This document shows, piece after piece, positions 1-12,018 of a DNA stretch of 12,018 nucleotides. Both the position numbers and the translations under genes were made by a program. The stretch's first letter is position 1. Each line of letters starts with the position of its first letter. Origin of the DNA: Armatimonadota bacterium (GTDB lineage Bacteria; Sysuimicrobiota; Sysuimicrobiia; Sysuimicrobiales; Humicultoraceae); NCBI GenBank assembly GCA_037443365.1, contig JBBIOM010000048.1:1-12018 (forward strand), given 5' to 3'. The notes beneath the pieces were generated by a model, which was not told the origin of the DNA, made no database searches, and saw only the letters and a list, made by a program, of their open reading frames with translations.

Positions 1-5
1 GGCGT

Positions 6-35
6 TTGACGATGCCGGGGCGCCCATGCTAGAAT
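6..35 (+). promoter_or_regulatory. sigma70/sigmaA-type promoter for rplJL
   Basis: TTGACG (6-11), 18-nt spacer, extended -10 TG-c-TAGAAT (27-35), directly upstream of the L10 leader. Confidence 0.8.
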
Positions 36-73
36 CGCGAATCGCATAGAGGACCGCCTGTGGGCGGTCGCGC

Positions 74-131
74 GCCGTAGACAGCAGGTGCCCGCGCTGC
101 GGGCGTAATGGCGAGTGTCGCCTGCCGAGGA
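74..131 (+). promoter_or_regulatory. Ribosomal protein L10 leader (autoregulatory RNA, mimic of the L10 site in 23S rRNA)
   Basis: Typical motif CCGTAGACAGCAGG...TAA...CCTGCCGAGG upstream of rplJ. GCAGG (84-88) pairs with CCTGC (121-125), tandem GA at 80-81/127-128 with a 3-nt bulge (kink-turn geometry), internal hairpin GCCCGC/GCGGGC (90-104). Confidence 0.88.
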
Positions 132-143
132 GCGGATAGGTCC

Positions 144-177
144 TGGACCCGTCTGCCTGCGGCGGGTCCATTCTGTT
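144..177 (+). terminator. Probable attenuator terminator in the rplJ leader
   Basis: 10-bp stem TGGACCCGTC (144-153) / GGCGGGTCCA (161-170, one G-U) followed by TTCTGTT (imperfect U tract). Confidence 0.6.
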
Positions 178-196
178 GCGGGAGGATGAGGGCACG

Positions 197-718
197 ATGG
201 CACGACCCGATAAGAGCGAAGAGGTGGCAGCGCTCAAGGCTCGCCTGGACAGGTCAGAGGCGGTGATCCTCACCGACTTCCGCGGGCTGACCGTGGGTGA
301 GATCACGATCCTGCGGAGCAGGCTGCGCAGCACCGGCGCCGAGTACCGGGTGGTGAAGAACCGCCTCCTGCGGATCGCCGCCGACGCTGTCGGCATAAAG
401 GGCCTGGAGCACGAGCTGGAAGGGCCCACGGCGGCCGCCTTCGTCCGGGGCGACCCTGTGCCGGCCGCCCGGGCGATCCAGGAGTTCATCCGGCAGTATC
501 GCAAGCTGGCGATCAAGGGGGGCATCCTTGCGGGGGCCGTCATTGACGACGCCCGCGCGAGGGGCCTGGCCGATCTCCCCGACCGCGCGGAGCTGCTCGC
601 GCGCGTCGTGGGCGGCATCGCCGCGCCTCTCGGCGGCCTGGCCGGGGTCCTTTCCGGCCTGCCGCGCAAGCTCGTGCGCGCGCTCGACCAGATACAGAAG
701 CAACGCGCGGCAGCCTAG
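197..718 (+). CDS. rplJ: 50S ribosomal protein L10 (uL10), 173 aa
   Basis: MARPDKSEEV..., DFRGLTV, LRSRLR, YRVVKNRLL, LEGPTA, IKGG motifs. ATG at 197 is preceded by GGAGGATGAGGG and is preferred over the TTG at 176 in the ORF track. Confidence 0.97.
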   Translation: MARPDKSEEVAALKARLDRSEAVILTDFRGLTVGEITILRSRLRSTGAEYRVVKNRLLRIAADAVGIKGLEHELEGPTAAAFVRGDPVPAARAIQEFIRQYRKLAIKGGILAGAVIDDARARGLADLPDRAELLARVVGGIAAPLGGLAGVLSGLPRKLVRALDQIQKQRAAA

Positions 719-793
719 CCGGCGTGCCGGCCGGGCATTCAGTCATTCGCCAGGGCAGAAGCATACTGAGAGAAGAGGACGGGAGGGGCTACA

Positions 794-1177
794 GTGGCAG
801 AGAAGATCGGCAAGGAGCAGATCATAGAGGCGATCAGCGGCCTGACGGTGCTGGAACTTGCAGAACTGGTCAAGGCCCTCGAGGAAAAGTTCGGCGTTTC
901 GGCGGCGGCTCCGGTCGCAGTGGCCGCCGCGCCGGGCCCGGCGGCTGCCGCGGCTGCCGAGGAGCAGACCGAGTTCGACGCCATCCTGTCGAACGTGGGG
1001 CAGAAGAAGATCCAGGTGATCAAGGTCGTGCGCGAGCTCACCGGGCTGGGCCTCAAGGAGGCGAAGGACTTGGTGGACAACGCGCCGAAGCCGATCAAGG
1101 AGAAGGTCGGTCGCCAGGAAGCCGAGGCCGTCAAGACCAAGCTTGAGGCCGAGGGCGCGACCGTAACAATCAAGTAG
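794..1177 (+). CDS. rplL: 50S ribosomal protein L7/L12 (bL12), 127 aa
   Basis: [23 protein letters not shown], Ala-rich hinge, [33 protein letters not shown] start with GGAGG SD at 782-786. Confidence 0.98.
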   Translation: MAEKIGKEQIIEAISGLTVLELAELVKALEEKFGVSAAAPVAVAAAPGPAAAAAAEEQTEFDAILSNVGQKKIQVIKVVRELTGLGLKEAKDLVDNAPKPIKEKVGRQEAEAVKTKLEAEGATVTIK

Positions 1178-1205
1178 CCGGCCCGCCGCGGCACCGCACG
1201 GGCTC

Positions 1206-1235
1206 TTGACAGAGGCAGAGCTCGCACGATACATT
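1206..1235 (+). promoter_or_regulatory. sigma70/sigmaA-type promoter for rpoBC
   Basis: Perfect TTGACA (1206-1211), 18-nt spacer, TACATT (1230-1235) in the rplL-rpoB spacer. Confidence 0.7.
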
Positions 1236-1465
1236 TGTGTGTACGGCTTTGTGGCGCAACGACGGGGCGTGGTGGGCTCGCGAACCTGTGCACGTGACCA
1301 ACGCGAAAGCGAGGCAGGGAGAACCGGCCCCGCTTTCGTGTTTGCGTAGTCAGGCGTCCCCGTCCTTCCGGTCCGCGAAGACCGGGCCTCTCTGGCCCGA
1401 ACCCGACAGCACTCACCGTGCCCCCCGGCGCGGTGCCACTTCTCGCGGAGGTGACGCGTTCCACC

Positions 1466-4870
<3,405 letters not shown>

Positions 4871-4874
4871 GCCG

Positions 4875-8315
<3,441 letters not shown>

Positions 8316-8321
8316 GTCGTG

Positions 8322-8350
8322 TTGACACCCCTGGGGGCCGGTGCTAGAAT
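8322..8350 (+). promoter_or_regulatory. Strong sigma70/sigmaA-type promoter for the L7Ae-rpsL-rpsG-fusA-tuf unit
   Basis: TTGACA (8322-8327), 17-nt spacer, extended -10 TG-c-TAGAAT (8342-8350), GC-rich discriminator CGGCTGG. Confidence 0.85.
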
Positions 8351-8362
8351 CGGCTGGCGCGC

Positions 8363-8641
8363 ATGACCTCGACGGACGTCCTTGCACGGCTCTACGCTGC
8401 GCAGGCTCGCGTGGTCGGCGCGCATCAGACGGTGAAGGCGATTGCGCGGGGGACGGCGGCCGAGGTGTTCGTCGCCTCCGACGCGGAGCCCAGGGTGGTC
8501 GCGCCGGTCCTGCGCGCGGCCACAGAGCGCGGGATTGCCGTCATCGAGGTGGAGTCAATGGCCGCCCTGGGGCGGGCCTGCGGCATAGCCGTGGGCGCCA
8601 CTTCCGCGGCGGTTCTAGTTGTCAGCCCGGGCACATTGTAG
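8363..8641 (+). CDS. ybxF: L7Ae-family kink-turn RNA-binding protein (YbxF/RulS-like), 92 aa
   Basis: VVGAHQTVKAI, VFVASDAE, VESMAALGRACGIAVGA match the bacterial L7Ae-like family. The position between rpoC and rpsL is the known ybxF location. Confidence 0.9.
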   Translation: MTSTDVLARLYAAQARVVGAHQTVKAIARGTAAEVFVASDAEPRVVAPVLRAATERGIAVIEVESMAALGRACGIAVGATSAAVLVVSPGTL

Positions 8642-8674
8642 CGCCGGACACGGCAAGGCCCGGCCGGTGCGGTT

Positions 8675-8847
8675 CCGGTCGGAGACAATCGGGGCTCGTC
8701 TGGTCGTCGCGCATTCTCGCTTCCCCAGAGCCCTCTGGTTGCGCCGCAGGGTACTGCCGGCCCGCCCGATAGGGTGAGGCTCCAGCGATGGCGTATCTCG
8801 TATGGCGCAGCGTCAACTGAAGACAGACTAGCACTGCGATAACCCGG
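8675..8847 (+). ncRNA. Candidate rod-shaped structured RNA (unassigned; 6S-like architecture or rpsL leader element)
   Basis: Nested pairings found by eye: 8688-8705/8822-8840, 8738-8746/8803-8811, 8749-8758/8790-8798, apical hairpin 8760-8780, around an asymmetric central bubble. No family could be assigned from sequence. Confidence 0.35.
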
Positions 8848-8953
8848 TCGCCGCCCGCAGACGGTGGCGGCCGAGGCATCGCGCCCCTGCGCACGGGCCT
8901 CCATCCGGGGGTCGCCGGGGCATGCTGCCCGACGCGATAGAAGGAGGACGGGA

Positions 8954-9328
8954 ATGCCGACCGTGAGTCAGCTGATCCGGCTTGGGCGTCACCGGCTGAG
9001 GGGGAAGAGCAAGTCGCCGGCTCTGGGGGAGTGTCCACAGAAGCGCGGCGTGTGCATCCAGGTGAAGACGACCACGCCCAAGAAGCCGAACTCCGCGCTG
9101 CGCAAGATCGCCCGTGTGCGGTTGACCCACGGCATGGAGGTGACCGCCTACATCCCCGGGATCGGGCACAACCTTCAGGAACACTCGGTCGTGCTCATCC
9201 GCGGTGGGCGTGTCAAGGATCTCCCGGGTATCCGGTACCACATCGTGAGGGGAACTCTGGACTCGGCCGGCGTCGCCGACCGTATGCGCGGGCGCTCCAA
9301 GTACGGCGCCAAGCGGCCCAAGAAGTAG
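8954..9328 (+). CDS. rpsL: 30S ribosomal protein S12 (uS12), 124 aa
   Basis: [51 protein letters not shown] at 8954 with AAGGAGG SD (8941-8947). The ORF-track start at 8864 is too far upstream. Confidence 0.99.
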   Translation: MPTVSQLIRLGRHRLRGKSKSPALGECPQKRGVCIQVKTTTPKKPNSALRKIARVRLTHGMEVTAYIPGIGHNLQEHSVVLIRGGRVKDLPGIRYHIVRGTLDSAGVADRMRGRSKYGAKRPKK

Positions 9329-9344
9329 ACCGGAGGGAACTGGG

Positions 9345-9818
9345 ATGCCGAGGAAGGGAAGCGTTGCACAGCGCGAGATCGGCCCGGACCCGGTCTTCGA
9401 GAGCGCGGTCGTGCACAGGCTGATCAACAAGGTCATGACACGGGGCAAGAAGGGCCTGGCCGTGCGTGCCGTCTATCGCGCGTTCGAGGTCGTCCGAGAG
9501 AAGAGCGGACAGGATCCGGTGAAGGTGTTCGACAAGGCTCTGAACAACATCATGCCGGTGCTGGAGGTACGCCCCCGGCGCGTCGGCGGCGCCACCTATC
9601 AGGTGCCCATCGAGGTGCGCCCCGAGCGCCGCTTTTCGCTGGGGCTGCGCTGGCTTGTCGGGTATTCGCGCGCCCGCAAGGACCGCAGGACCATCGCCGA
9701 CCGGCTGGCCGCCGAGATCCTCGATGCCGCGGCCGGGCAGGGCGCGTCGGTCAAGAAGCGGGAAGACACGCACAGGATGGCAGAGGCCAACAAGGCCTTC
9801 GCACACTATCGATGGTAA
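9345..9818 (+). CDS. rpsG: 30S ribosomal protein S7 (uS7), 157 aa
   Basis: [60 protein letters not shown] at 9332-9336. Confidence 0.99.
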   Translation: MPRKGSVAQREIGPDPVFESAVVHRLINKVMTRGKKGLAVRAVYRAFEVVREKSGQDPVKVFDKALNNIMPVLEVRPRRVGGATYQVPIEVRPERRFSLGLRWLVGYSRARKDRRTIADRLAAEILDAAAGQGASVKKREDTHRMAEANKAFAHYRW

Positions 9819-9850
9819 CTGCGGTCTCGCCGCGGGCGGGAGTGAGAACG

Positions 9851-11935
<2,085 letters not shown>

Positions 11936-11980
11936 GCCTGCGCGCGTCTGGGACAGAACGGACGAGAGGAGTCACGGACG

Positions 11981-12018
11981 ATGGCCAAGCAGAAGTTTGA
12001 GCGGACGAAGCCGCACGT
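11981..12018 (+). CDS. tuf: Elongation factor Tu, 5' fragment (runs off the window)
   Basis: ATG GCC AAG CAG AAG TTT GAG CGG ACG AAG CCG CAC = MAKQKFERTKPH. GAGGAG SD at 11966-11971, canonical position after fusA. Confidence 0.95.
   Translation, partial: MAKQKFERTKPH

Noticed and set aside
1180..1207. Possible terminator after rplL (GGCCCG/CGGGCT)
   Set aside because: Interrupted stem followed only by CTT. Too weak to call.
1418..1465. ORF-track rpoB start at GTG 1418
   Set aside because: No SD, and it is buried in the 9-bp hairpin 1414-1435. The strong SD lies downstream at 1447-1454.
8811..8833. Minus-strand promoter-like words TGCTAGTCT (8833-8825) and TTGACG (8816-8811)
   Set aside because: The -35-like word lies downstream of the -10-like word, and no -35 sits at the correct spacing. 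A weak extended -10 antisense promoter cannot be fully excluded.
8807..8842. tmRNA-tag-like reading AASTEDRLALR*
   Set aside because: Does not end in the ALAA-type degron, and no tRNA-like domain is visible.
8853..8877. Possible kink-turn for L7Ae autoregulation (GA 8860-8861 / GA 8873-8874)
   Set aside because: Flanking stems are only 1-2 bp and compete with the stronger 8845-8873 hairpin.
8425..8904. Minus-strand ORFs across the L7Ae-rpsL spacer (159 aa; also 8622-9038 and + strand 8341-8772)
   Set aside because: No SD, Ala/Arg/Pro/Gly-rich composition, and overlap with real genes.
9070..9230. Streptomycin-resistance alleles in rpsL
   Set aside because: PKKPNSA and RVKDLPG are wild type.
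9812..9850. fusA start at ATG 9812 overlapping the rpsG stop
   Set aside because: Adds 13 unconserved residues with no SD. GTG 9851 has an SD and the usual length. Translational coupling from 9812 is not strictly excluded.

Overview
High-GC bacterial housekeeping region, all genes on the + strand: rplJ-rplL-rpoB-rpoC-(L7Ae-like ybxF/rulS)-rpsL-rpsG-fusA-tuf (5' end only). There are no mobile elements, CRISPR arrays, rRNA or tRNA genes. Three sigma70/sigmaA-type promoters are readable (before rplJ, rpoB and the L7Ae gene), as is an L10 leader with a probable terminator/antiterminator switch. The compact RNA polymerase subunits plus a ybxF-like gene suggest a terrabacterial lineage that is not Actinobacteria, Cyanobacteria, Thermus or Bacillus-like (inference). 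The points most worth follow-up are: a ~170-nt rod-like structured RNA candidate in the 312-bp L7Ae-rpsL spacer, a heavily structured rpoB leader, an atypical beta' bridge helix, small lineage-specific indels in beta, and a near-leaderless L7Ae transcript. All RNA folds were derived by eye, and all comparisons to other organisms come from recalled family consensus, not from searches.
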